Part shown: piece by piece, positions 8,213 to 16,784 of the stretch
How positions within the stretch are numbered: the stretch's first letter is position 1
Layout of the letters: the number at the start of each line of letters is the position of its first letter
IMG/VR virus record: IMGVR_UViG_3300037041_002705
Span: 69,674 to 133,673 of that record
Origin: a virus
Reading direction: 5' to 3' (one strand)
DNA: 64,000 bases
Made by a program: the position numbers and the translations under genes
The notes under the pieces: generated by a model
Database searches by the model: none
The model's input: the letters and a program-made list of their open reading frames with translations, nothing else
What the model was told of the DNA's origin: nothing

Positions 8213-8479
8213 ATGAGCATACTATCAGAAGCAGATGGAATAGTAAACAACAGGTCTGAAGAAGCAGATCGCCAGTACGGCCCATTCAGCGAAGGCATGG
8301 AAAGGGCTGCCATGATATTCAATGGAATGACTGGTCTTGATCTTGGAGCAGAACACATGTTCAAGGCACTTGTTGCCCTAAAGCTTTCAAGAGAAAGCTA
8401 CAGGCACAAGAGGGACAACCTTCTTGACGCTGTTGCATACATACAGGGCCTTGAGAACTACATAAATGAGAGGTCGTAA
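8213..8479 (+). CDS. DUF6378-like small all-alpha protein (possible dNTP pyrophosphohydrolase)
   Basis: SILSEADGIVN...RQYG...LVALKLSRE...KRDNLLDAVAY is the DUF6378 pattern as recalled. Confidence 0.7.
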   Translation: MSILSEADGIVNNRSEEADRQYGPFSEGMERAAMIFNGMTGLDLGAEHMFKALVALKLSRESYRHKRDNLLDAVAYIQGLENYINERS

Positions 8480-9558
8480 TGGCGTTGGCGATATATGACA
8501 TCCTAAGCAACCTACGAGGAAAAAGGATTGCAATTGATGATGTCGTAACAACATATAGCCCAAAGAAGGAATCTCATAAGTCTTCTTGGCCATATCTTCT
8601 CAGTTCACAACTAAGAAGCGTCGGACTGATGTCGGATGTTCTGGCAAAGAATGATGACATCAACAGGTATGATGTTTGGTTGATATCGCTTCCAATGGAG
8701 TTCCAAGGAACTTTCAACCTCTTTGGCGGCGCAAATGAAGAGACTGCTTTGAGGATAAAGAGGCTATCCCAGTTCAAGGGTCAGATCTACATACTCAATC
8801 AGGACATGCCAGACATCGGAGCCTTTGTAAATTCAAGGATGAATGCTGCATGCGATGAATGGAAGCAGCTCGATCCAAGCCTCTATACAGATATATCAAA
8901 CAGAATAGAGAGGGTCGATCTCACACTCGACAGCGATACATTCATATATGGCGACAGCCATTCTGTATCGGTCTATGAGCCAGGTGCAAACATAAGCAGG
9001 AACGACGGTCAGACGCTCCATGGATTCCTTAAGAAGAAGGATTCCTTTTTGTATCCTCCTGGAACAAAGAGGGTTGTTCTTTATATGGGAAACATTGATG
9101 TGCGGCACCATATCTTTCGTCAGGAAGATCCCATGGGCTCTCTTCGTGATCTTACAAAGAGGTATGTTGAGTTTGCAAAGGAGCTGAAGGATGTCCATGG
9201 CATGGAGTATGTTGGCCTCGTTGACCTGCTTCCTGTTGAGCACGAGGGAAGAAAGATACCAAAGACCGGTTGGTACAAGGGAACTCCATTCTTTGGAACA
9301 AGGCAACAGAGGGCAGATGCGGTCAAGGAATTCAATAAGCTCCTCAACGAGCTTTCTTATGACTATGACTACGATGTCATCTCTTGGCCAAAGGACTGGT
9401 ATGTATTGGACCCGGACAAGTATGCCGCACAATACATGGAAAGGCCAGGATCCGTTCATCTTTCAAGATCTGCATACCAGTATGACTTTGAGACCGGTAT
9501 AAAGAACAAAAAGATGAGGACATCCGTCCTATTTTTTGATATAACTGGGAGCGTTTAA
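8479..9558 (+). CDS. Fusion of a T4 beta-glucosyltransferase-like N-terminal domain and an SGNH-hydrolase-like domain
   Basis: N-terminal RIAI...YLL...GL.SDVL...DINRYD...FNLFGG...FKGQIYILNQD parallels T4 BGT residues 1-100; C-terminal GDSH, G, GNID and SVHLS resemble SGNH blocks I, II, III and V. Confidence 0.65.
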   Translation: MALAIYDILSNLRGKRIAIDDVVTTYSPKKESHKSSWPYLLSSQLRSVGLMSDVLAKNDDINRYDVWLISLPMEFQGTFNLFGGANEETALRIKRLSQFKGQIYILNQDMPDIGAFVNSRMNAACDEWKQLDPSLYTDISNRIERVDLTLDSDTFIYGDSHSVSVYEPGANISRNDGQTLHGFLKKKDSFLYPPGTKRVVLYMGNIDVRHHIFRQEDPMGSLRDLTKRYVEFAKELKDVHGMEYVGLVDLLPVEHEGRKIPKTGWYKGTPFFGTRQQRADAVKEFNKLLNELSYDYDYDVISWPKDWYVLDPDKYAAQYMERPGSVHLSRSAYQYDFETGIKNKKMRTSVLFFDITGSV

Positions 9559-9560
9559 CA

Positions 9561-10421
9561 GTGTATAAAGAATCTATGACGAAGACCATAAACAGTGAAG
9601 TCCTTTCCCTTCTATCAAAGATGGAAAGGGAAGATTCGCCAAGAGGGCTCAAGGTTGTTGAAGAATATCTGACGACCCTTGAGTTCAATCCTCTCTATCC
9701 AATGATGAACTTTGAAAACAAGGCATTCAATTGGAAGTACTTTGTAGGAGAGCTATGGTGGTACCTTACACAAGAGACCACGATTGACAAGATCAATAAC
9801 TTCTCTAGCTTCTGGAAGACCCTTACCGTTGATGAGAGGATCAACTCAAACTATGGGTATGTGATGTTGTCAAGGCAACACAATCAATTCAAGTGGGCGC
9901 TTGATGCCCTTGTAAGAGATAAGTCAACGAGACAGGCCATAATGGTGTTCAACACGCCGGCATACCAAAAGGAAGGTGTCAAGGACTTTGTATGTACAAT
10001 GTATGTCAATTTCTGGATAAGAGACAACAAGTTGAACATGAAGGTCCAGATGAGATCCAATGACATATTCTATGGCCTTCAGTACGATGCACCGTTCTTC
10101 TCGGTCGTGTATCAATCGATGTACCTTGAGCTGATCAAGAAGTATGAGGATCTAGAGATAGGAACCTATTACCACTGCTCAGATAACTCACACTACTACG
10201 AAAGACACTTTCCTCTTGTTGAGAAGCTTAAGCAAGAACAGCCAAACCCAGAAAGAGAGATTGAAATGAGGATCACACGACCTGTGTTTGATTCCTCTGA
10301 ATCAGGAATTAGTAAGAATGCCATGGAGTTTGTTGATTACATGGAACAGATCCATGACTTCTCGATCTTTAACACATATGATTACATAGAAATATTTCAC
10401 AAATTTTTTGTAGAGGAATAA
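9561..10421 (+). CDS. gp42: Thymidylate-synthase-family dCMP-modifying enzyme (T4 gp42-like dCMP hydroxymethylase)
   Basis: ELWWYL, INSNYG, DKSTRQA, DFVCT (catalytic Cys), MRSNDIFYGLQYD with Asp at the dCMP/dUMP specificity position, SHYYERHF; alternative ATG start at 9576. Confidence 0.85.
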   Translation: MYKESMTKTINSEVLSLLSKMEREDSPRGLKVVEEYLTTLEFNPLYPMMNFENKAFNWKYFVGELWWYLTQETTIDKINNFSSFWKTLTVDERINSNYGYVMLSRQHNQFKWALDALVRDKSTRQAIMVFNTPAYQKEGVKDFVCTMYVNFWIRDNKLNMKVQMRSNDIFYGLQYDAPFFSVVYQSMYLELIKKYEDLEIGTYYHCSDNSHYYERHFPLVEKLKQEQPNPEREIEMRITRPVFDSSESGISKNAMEFVDYMEQIHDFSIFNTYDYIEIFHKFFVEE

Positions 10422-10669
10422 TGGAAGCGACAGAACAAACAACAGAAACTGCGCAGGAGCGCCAACAAACGCCTGCTTATGTCATCGATGATCCAGCAAA
10501 GGCGATCAATGTTCTTGTGAATGCAGCAGAACATGCACAGCGTCTTGGTGCTTACAGCATGCAAGAAGCAAAGATCATCTATGATGCAATTGTATTCTTC
10601 AGGCCTGATAGGTCAGTTGAAGCAGTAAATGCTGCAGCGGCCCAAGAGGAGCAGCAACAGCAGGCTTAA
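10421..10669 (+). CDS. Small hypothetical protein
   Basis: 82-aa ORF whose start overlaps the previous stop (TAATG). Confidence 0.75.
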   Translation: MEATEQTTETAQERQQTPAYVIDDPAKAINVLVNAAEHAQRLGAYSMQEAKIIYDAIVFFRPDRSVEAVNAAAAQEEQQQQA

Positions 10670-10671
10670 CA

Positions 10672-11391
10672 ATGAAAAGGTGCCTTGTCATAGCGACCGT
10701 TGCTGAGGGCGGATTCTACAACGATCTTCCTTTGGGGTCGGATGCTGAGGCATCACGCACTTTTGATCTCATAAAGATAAACTTCAATCCTGTTGGGTTT
10801 TCTAGGGAATCCATAAACCATAGCCATCAACCATGGTACCAAGAAGATGTAGGATTCAAACACCACATCTACAAGAGGCTGATAGAAAAACTGAATCTTC
10901 TTGATAGATATGACTGGATCTGGATGCCTGACTACGATGTCCATCTTGAACAGTCAGAGATTGAGAGGATGTTTAAGATCGCACAGGAATACAACCTGAA
11001 CATCTGTCAGCCTTCTCTTACGCATGATAGCTACCATAGCTTTCCTTTTGTACTGAACGATCCAACAAAGTTCATGAGGTACACAAACTACGTTGAGATC
11101 ATGTGCCCGCTGTTCAAGACAGAAGCGCTGAAGAAGGTCCTTTGGACATTTACCATCACACACTCTGGTTGGGCACAGGATTTTCTTTGGGCAAGGGATC
11201 TCAACTATGAAAGGCTTGCAATCATTGATGATGTACAGGCAAAACATGTCAAACCAGTTGAGAGCCAATATTGGCAGCTTCCAAATGGATTAAATGCTGA
11301 TCAGGAGCTTGACATGGCAATAAAATTGTTTGGTCTTCAAAAGGAAATGTTCTGGCCTAAAGCAATAGGAGGAATAGATCGATGGACATAA
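10672..11391 (+). CDS. DUF707-like putative glycosyltransferase
   Basis: YDWIWMPDYD, ICQPSL, TNYVEIMCPLF, SGWAQD, AIIDDVQAKH follow the DUF707 (GT-A-like) pattern. Confidence 0.75.
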   Translation: MKRCLVIATVAEGGFYNDLPLGSDAEASRTFDLIKINFNPVGFSRESINHSHQPWYQEDVGFKHHIYKRLIEKLNLLDRYDWIWMPDYDVHLEQSEIERMFKIAQEYNLNICQPSLTHDSYHSFPFVLNDPTKFMRYTNYVEIMCPLFKTEALKKVLWTFTITHSGWAQDFLWARDLNYERLAIIDDVQAKHVKPVESQYWQLPNGLNADQELDMAIKLFGLQKEMFWPKAIGGIDRWT

Positions 11392-11693
11392 ACTACAACA
11401 TGGAGGATGACCTTGATTGGACGAATGCAGAGGTCATAGAACTGCACCCAAAGGGATGGAAGCCGGTGAGTGTCAGTTTCATAGATTCATACCCCTTTGT
11501 TTTTTGGAGGCTGAACAACATCCAAAAGAACTTTAGATCAAACTCAGATCTTGTTTCAAGGAAAGGCGTCAATGAATTCTTTTCTGATAGTCTTGCTTCC
11601 ATGAAGCTTCTTGTTATGCATTCATTGGATGGTATGCCAGAAGAAAGAAAGAAATTTTACAAAGAAAATATATTGGAGCTCTTTGATGAATAA
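11382..11693 (+). CDS. Hypothetical protein
   Basis: 103-aa ORF with short overlaps to both neighbours. Confidence 0.65.
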   Translation: MDINYNMEDDLDWTNAEVIELHPKGWKPVSVSFIDSYPFVFWRLNNIQKNFRSNSDLVSRKGVNEFFSDSLASMKLLVMHSLDGMPEERKKFYKENILELFDE

Positions 11694-12285
11694 TCAATAC
11701 CTACAATGGCTCTCAGGTCCAAAAAGGGGAGAAGTAGAGACTGCTGAGATGATGCAGGATGGACAGACGTTTGAGGACGTTGTCATCGTTTCAGGCGGAG
11801 GAAAAATCCCAATGTCAAAGATAGGAAAGGACTTCATAATACTTCCAGCTGCAAATGCAGCATTGAGTCAGATAGACCTCGATGTGATGTATCCGAAGCC
11901 AAACCCAAAGCAGAACAGAAGGGCTGACCAAAAGCAAAGACGGCAGGAGGCGCCTGCTGTGCAGACTGACCATGTAAGCATACTTGGGTTTGATCCTTCC
12001 AACGATTCCCCTTCTGAGCCTCGCGTCCAGGAGAGACAAAGACCTAAGAAGCATTCTAGCTTTGCCACAGACCTTTTAACACGGGCAAAAAAGAATGATA
12101 CAAAGATAACACTCGAACTACAGGTAGAAATGCCATCATCAGCATTCTTCTCGATGATGAATGAGACTTTTGAGGAATCAACGGTAAATGAAGTGATAGA
12201 TATAATCATTGACTCAATTGACCAGGAAGCACTAAGAAATTCAATGAAGCAAAGCATAATCAAATTTTATGGAGGACAGAAGTGA
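11686..12285 (+). CDS. Hypothetical protein
   Basis: ORF-track 11611 start trimmed to ATG 11686 (MNNQYLQW) to avoid a long overlap. Confidence 0.7.
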   Translation: MNNQYLQWLSGPKRGEVETAEMMQDGQTFEDVVIVSGGGKIPMSKIGKDFIILPAANAALSQIDLDVMYPKPNPKQNRRADQKQRRQEAPAVQTDHVSILGFDPSNDSPSEPRVQERQRPKKHSSFATDLLTRAKKNDTKITLELQVEMPSSAFFSMMNETFEESTVNEVIDIIIDSIDQEALRNSMKQSIIKFYGGQK

Positions 12286-12683
12286 CAGAAGACAACCAGC
12301 AAAATGAACAGCAATCAGAAGAAGTAAACACACAGGATGCCCCTGAGCTTAATGATGGATTCGGTGCAATACCAAACATTACGTTCAACAGGAAGTTCAG
12401 ACGTGCAATGCTCAAGCAGAGCGGATACGTTAAGCTGAAGAACAAGCTTGGATACAAGGACTGGTTTGAGAATGTGAAGAACAATATCCAAAACGGAAAG
12501 CAACTTCATGCGACAAACACCGAAGATTTCATACGTCGTGCAAAAGAGCGAATGGAGAAATCAAACGAATCTCTCGCTGGGTTCCTTCTTGAAAAGGGAT
12601 ATACAGAAGAACAGGCAGGAGAAGTTATAGAGAGGAACATGGAGATCCATGAAAGGATTTCTATGAAAAAGATAAAGCCATGA
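12282..12683 (+). CDS. Hypothetical protein
   Basis: 133-aa ORF coupled by GTGA and ATGA overlaps. Confidence 0.7.
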   Translation: MTEDNQQNEQQSEEVNTQDAPELNDGFGAIPNITFNRKFRRAMLKQSGYVKLKNKLGYKDWFENVKNNIQNGKQLHATNTEDFIRRAKERMEKSNESLAGFLLEKGYTEEQAGEVIERNMEIHERISMKKIKP

Positions 12684-13039
12684 ATTTTGTCTTTTCAAGA
12701 GAGAAGGTAAACCTTCCAAAGTATGCATCCGGTTCGAAGCCATATGTCATTGATGTCAATAAGCTTCTTCTCAGGATAAAGAACAGAGATACCGATGGGA
12801 TGGTCAATACATCAATATACCTGATGAACCTTGTTCTTCAGGAAGAGTTTGAGTTTGCCATAAAGAAGAGGAAGACCTGCATATACTACATAAACCCTTC
12901 CATTTCCCTGGATACGATAAAGAACATAAAGAAGGCTCTGCCTTCCATGGATATAACCATAAAGAAGTACTTCTTGGTCGATGACGACTCTCTAAAAAAG
13001 CTACACAAACACGTTGATCAAGTGATCAAACCAAGATAA
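12680..13039 (+). CDS. Hypothetical protein
   Basis: 119-aa ORF with ATGA overlap, ends at a terminator. Confidence 0.7.
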   Translation: MNFVFSREKVNLPKYASGSKPYVIDVNKLLLRIKNRDTDGMVNTSIYLMNLVLQEEFEFAIKKRKTCIYYINPSISLDTIKNIKKALPSMDITIKKYFLVDDDSLKKLHKHVDQVIKPR

Positions 13040-13065
13040 AGGCGCATATGCGCCTTTTCTTTTTT
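13038..13065 (+). terminator. Rho-independent terminator closing the DNA-modification/hypothetical operon
   Basis: Palindrome AAAGGCGCATATGCGCCTTT followed by TCTTTTTT. Confidence 0.8.
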
Positions 13066-13074
13066 GATATATAC
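13066..13074 (+). promoter_or_regulatory. Putative late promoter GATATATAC for the neck/baseplate operon
   Basis: RATATATA motif immediately after the terminator and 3 nt before ATG 13078. Confidence 0.7.
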
Positions 13075-13077
13075 GGC

Positions 13078-13809
13078 ATGGTAAAAGATCAACTCATAGA
13101 GCTTGTGCAGGATGAAATAACAGCTTCCGGTGCAATTTCAACATCAATTGGCATAAAGGAGATTGACAGGATCATAAACGATGCAGCAAGGTGGTTCTTC
13201 CAGAACTACCAGTATGCAGTCGAGACCGTCTACTACATCCTTCCTAGGTCAACGTTTGATTCCGTTTGGAAGTCAAACAGAAGGCAGATCGTCCTTCCTG
13301 ACTGCGTTGTGAGCGTCCTTGATGTCAAGGAGATGAAGTCTGCAAACTTCTTTGGTATGGTCGACCAGGACATAACAGAGAACCGCCTGATTGCGGCAGA
13401 GCTTTACCTAGCCCCGTTTGGTAGCGATGATCTCGTGTACAGAACGGCCCAGTATGCATACTATGACCTTACACGTGCATACTTCCTAGAACGAATACAA
13501 TACGAATACAACCAGAACACACACCACCTAACGCTGCTTGGACGAAATCCAAAGTATGATGTTTCCTGTAGGGTCATGACAAAGATACCAGAGCAGAGCC
13601 TGTATGACGATCCCCTCTTCATTGATTATGTAAAGGGAAAGGCGCTTGTATCGATGGCACGCGTGTACTCTTTCATAAACTTCAACCTTCCAGGAGGGGC
13701 ACAGATAAACGCATCTATATTTGAGAGCCAAGGCCAGGCAATGGTGGACAAGGTTCTAGAGAAGATAGACTCTGATAACGTACCAGACTACTTCGTACAG
13801 ATACACTAA
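13078..13809 (+). CDS. gp13: Neck/head-completion protein (T4 gp13-like)
   Basis: EIDRIINDAARWF, IVLPDCVVSV, FIDYVKGKA, FNLPGGAQIN resemble gp13-family neck proteins; start moved to 13078 since 13048 lies within the terminator. Confidence 0.7.
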   Translation: MVKDQLIELVQDEITASGAISTSIGIKEIDRIINDAARWFFQNYQYAVETVYYILPRSTFDSVWKSNRRQIVLPDCVVSVLDVKEMKSANFFGMVDQDITENRLIAAELYLAPFGSDDLVYRTAQYAYYDLTRAYFLERIQYEYNQNTHHLTLLGRNPKYDVSCRVMTKIPEQSLYDDPLFIDYVKGKALVSMARVYSFINFNLPGGAQINASIFESQGQAMVDKVLEKIDSDNVPDYFVQIH

Positions 13810-13815
13810 TAACAT

Positions 13816-14178
13816 ATGCTTAGGGACATCTATCTCAGAAATGAAGACGATCCAAAGTATGTGGCAAACAAGATGGAGGAGAATGATAACATCCAAGATC
13901 TTGTTGAGCAGCTAAAGATGCTCTTTGCCACATCACCAGGTGAAGTCATCGCTTATCCATACTACGGTCTGAACCTCGAGGACATGCTGTTTGAGTTTGA
14001 TTTTGATCAGGACCAAATACGTCAAGAGATAGACCGCCAGTACTTTGAGTACATAAAGCCATACTTCCCAGGAATAAACGTTGAAATTGATGTTTATGTT
14101 TCTGAGGGCGAGGTATCAAGGACAATGATCATTGATGTGTACATCAATCAAATTCTAAACTTTCAGGTGATAACATGA
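13816..14178 (+). CDS. gp25: Baseplate wedge/sheath initiator (gp25-like)
   Basis: LKMLFATSPGEVIAYPYYGLNLEDMLFE matches the gp25/GPW T-x-x-GE-x-x-x-x-P-x-x-G motif. Confidence 0.8.
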   Translation: MLRDIYLRNEDDPKYVANKMEENDNIQDLVEQLKMLFATSPGEVIAYPYYGLNLEDMLFEFDFDQDQIRQEIDRQYFEYIKPYFPGINVEIDVYVSEGEVSRTMIIDVYINQILNFQVIT

Positions 14179-16784
14179 GCATATTTGCAGATGCATTAAA
14201 ATTGTCCCTTCCACCTAACCCTACCAGTATGATAGAGGGACAAGTTACCTCTACCATCACATCAGGAATTGTGTTTGGGTCCGATCCTGCACTCACGCTC
14301 AAGACGACTGTCAACAATGTTCTTGGAGTAGATCCAACTACAGCAAACACATTAGGTCCAAACTTTGATAGGTTTTCTGTTCTTGAGTTCCCTCAGCCAT
14401 TTGGAGTTGTTGGAAACCTCTTTCAATCTGGACAGGATCTGGTTCCAATTGCAAGAATATCATCAAACTTTGGTGGCACCTTCATAGGTGATGAGCTAAC
14501 ACAGATAAATGTTGCAAACTTGTTGGAGAATCCAGGAGCAGAGCTTTCAACATTTGCAAACAACCTCTCACGAGGTCTTGCAAACCAAGCAAGGCAGCAG
14601 GGAAACTCCATAGCAAGAAGCGTTGTCCAAGATATAAAGGATGTTTTTAGAGGCGCTGTAAATTCTCTATTGGATCCAGCGGCAGCAAAAACAACAAACC
14701 TTGGCGTTGTTGATTCTCGTCTGACGTATGCATTCTATGGGCCGCTTGATGCAAACAAGAAGTATTCCAAGGGGCAGCCAAGCCCCCAGGTAGGACTTGC
14801 TGCAACTGGCGTTGTATCGGTTCCAACAATCACCCCTTCTCAACCGGTGGGATTTCAGGGCGTTGAGCCTATAACAAACCCGCATTACGTCTTCAGGCTA
14901 AACACAGTTGCAAACGGAATGTCGTCTGGCGATGATGGCGCAGCACAGTCAAGGCTTCTTCTTGATAAAGAAGCAAGAATGGGTCTATCGACCGTTGGAA
15001 AGAAGGAGGTCACGCTTTCGGCAATTCTTGGAAGGTTTGGTGGGTTCTCCCAATCAAACCCAACTCCATACAGAGCGGCAGATTTTCTGTGGCTAAAATA
15101 CTACAACAGGATACCGCTGACAAGGATGATAACGCTCAGGCGTTACATGTTTCCAATACAGGACAACCTGACAAGGAGCCCGTACTTTGGAGGAGGAACA
15201 GGAAAGCGTGGATCGTGGAGGGTAAAGGGCTGGGCAAACAACCCAATATCACAGATGGTCACGTATTTTGGCGGAGAAACCGGAAACGACCTCAGTACAA
15301 TACTAAAGATATCAGTTGCATCAAAGTGGGAAGATACCACGGGTTCGAAGGTCAACGACATTCAGCTCTTCTCTGGTCAGCCGGTTGATGCAATAAGCAT
15401 GTTTGATTCAAGCCGTGTTGCAAAACTGACTGCTGGCATAGCAAACCTCGGGCTTTCCATCCCTGGAAACGCCGTTACTTCAGCACTTGGAGGAGCTGGA
15501 AACTTGGGAGGTAGATTCTTTGAAAACATCAAGTCCGTTGCACAAAAAAATAACATCGATGCATCTACCCTTGCAGCAGGTGTTTTGGCATATGTTGGCG
15601 TCATAGACAAAAGCAGGTTTTCTGGGATACAGAGCTACCTAGATCTGTTCAATCCATACGCGCAGGGTGGCTACCTGTCGGATCTTTACAGAGAGCCCTA
15701 CAACAGAATCCTATCAACACAGAAAAGGGTTCCTGGTTTGACTGGGGGCGTCATGGGAGACGGCCTGGTTAACATTAAGTTTGAATACTCTCTAAAGGCA
15801 ATAGGCCACATAAATGCCAAGGCTGCAATGCTTGACATAATGGCAAACATCCTTGCAACCACCCACTACAGAGGAAACTTCTGGGGAGGAGAGGCAAGGT
15901 TCTACCTCAACAAAGGAATATTCCCTCTATTGGATGAAAGGCAGACGATTGAATTTGTTAAGATGATATGGTCAGGAAACTTTGATGGCGCCACGCAGAC
16001 TTTTGAGACAATCATAAAGGAGGCATTTGGAAACCAGCTTCCAACGGTTGATGCCATAAAGGGCCTTCTTGCCATACGCGACTCAAACGTACAAACACCA
16101 AAGAATGCGGGTGATGTCCAAAACAACAGGGTTGCTGGAGGGGGCGGTACAGGAGTCACCGCAGCCGAAGCAGCTGCAGCCGCATCCGCAGGAATTCCTG
16201 ACAAGCTGAAGGACATAGCAGCCATAGACCTTCTTTCGGGCTTGTTTGGCCTGACTGATGGAGGAGGAAATGCATCAATACCTTCATTCCAGGCATTGAG
16301 GACAGGGGCGCCCGTAGGGGAGTGGCATCTGACTGTAGGAAATCCGTTTAAGCCAATTGCTGTGATAGGAAACCTCATATGTGAGGGCGTTGACATAGCT
16401 TTCAACAATGAACTTGGCCCTGATGACTTCCCAACAGAGATGACTGCTACCGTCAAGCTTAAGCCAGGAATGTCCAGGGCAAACCAGGACGTTGAGTCCG
16501 TCTTTAATGATGGATTTGGCCCTCTCTACATACCTAAGCCTGACCTGTTTGAAGGAGGCAAGGGGCTTGATCAGGTGCAAGAGGAGATATCAAAGCAGGT
16601 TGCAAGAGGCGGAATATTTGATTTCATGGGCCTTGTTCCAGAATCTACGGTTGAGTCACTATCAAACTTCTTTAAGGTGGCATCAAACACTGATACCGAT
16701 CTTCCTTCTCCACACATAGCAAGGCCCGATCAAGTCAGAACTGATGATCCCAAAGCAAATGTAAACAATGTGGGCTCTAGATGA
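14175..16784 (+). CDS. Large baseplate/tail-tube-initiator-like structural protein
   Basis: 869-aa Gly-rich ORF among baseplate genes; C-terminal WHLTVGNPFKPIAVIGNLIC...DDFPTEMTATVKLKP resembles tube-initiator (gp48/gp54-type) C-termini. Confidence 0.55.
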   Translation: MSIFADALKLSLPPNPTSMIEGQVTSTITSGIVFGSDPALTLKTTVNNVLGVDPTTANTLGPNFDRFSVLEFPQPFGVVGNLFQSGQDLVPIARISSNFGGTFIGDELTQINVANLLENPGAELSTFANNLSRGLANQARQQGNSIARSVVQDIKDVFRGAVNSLLDPAAAKTTNLGVVDSRLTYAFYGPLDANKKYSKGQPSPQVGLAATGVVSVPTITPSQPVGFQGVEPITNPHYVFRLNTVANGMSSGDDGAAQSRLLLDKEARMGLSTVGKKEVTLSAILGRFGGFSQSNPTPYRAADFLWLKYYNRIPLTRMITLRRYMFPIQDNLTRSPYFGGGTGKRGSWRVKGWANNPISQMVTYFGGETGNDLSTILKISVASKWEDTTGSKVNDIQLFSGQPVDAISMFDSSRVAKLTAGIANLGLSIPGNAVTSALGGAGNLGGRFFENIKSVAQKNNIDASTLAAGVLAYVGVIDKSRFSGIQSYLDLFNPYAQGGYLSDLYREPYNRILSTQKRVPGLTGGVMGDGLVNIKFEYSLKAIGHINAKAAMLDIMANILATTHYRGNFWGGEARFYLNKGIFPLLDERQTIEFVKMIWSGNFDGATQTFETIIKEAFGNQLPTVDAIKGLLAIRDSNVQTPKNAGDVQNNRVAGGGGTGVTAAEAAAAASAGIPDKLKDIAAIDLLSGLFGLTDGGGNASIPSFQALRTGAPVGEWHLTVGNPFKPIAVIGNLICEGVDIAFNNELGPDDFPTEMTATVKLKPGMSRANQDVESVFNDGFGPLYIPKPDLFEGGKGLDQVQEEISKQVARGGIFDFMGLVPESTVESLSNFFKVASNTDTDLPSPHIARPDQVRTDDPKANVNNVGSR

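Noticed and set aside
8896-9459. 187-aa minus-strand ORF and other long antisense ORFs (15902..16456, 53400..53966, 61120..61686)
   Set aside because: Fully antisense to well-supported genes, with no recognisable motifs; expected shadow ORFs.
9561-10421. Annotation as canonical thymidylate synthase (thyA)
   Set aside because: Asp rather than Asn at the specificity position, and gp42-type NSNYG, DFxCT and MRSND motifs.
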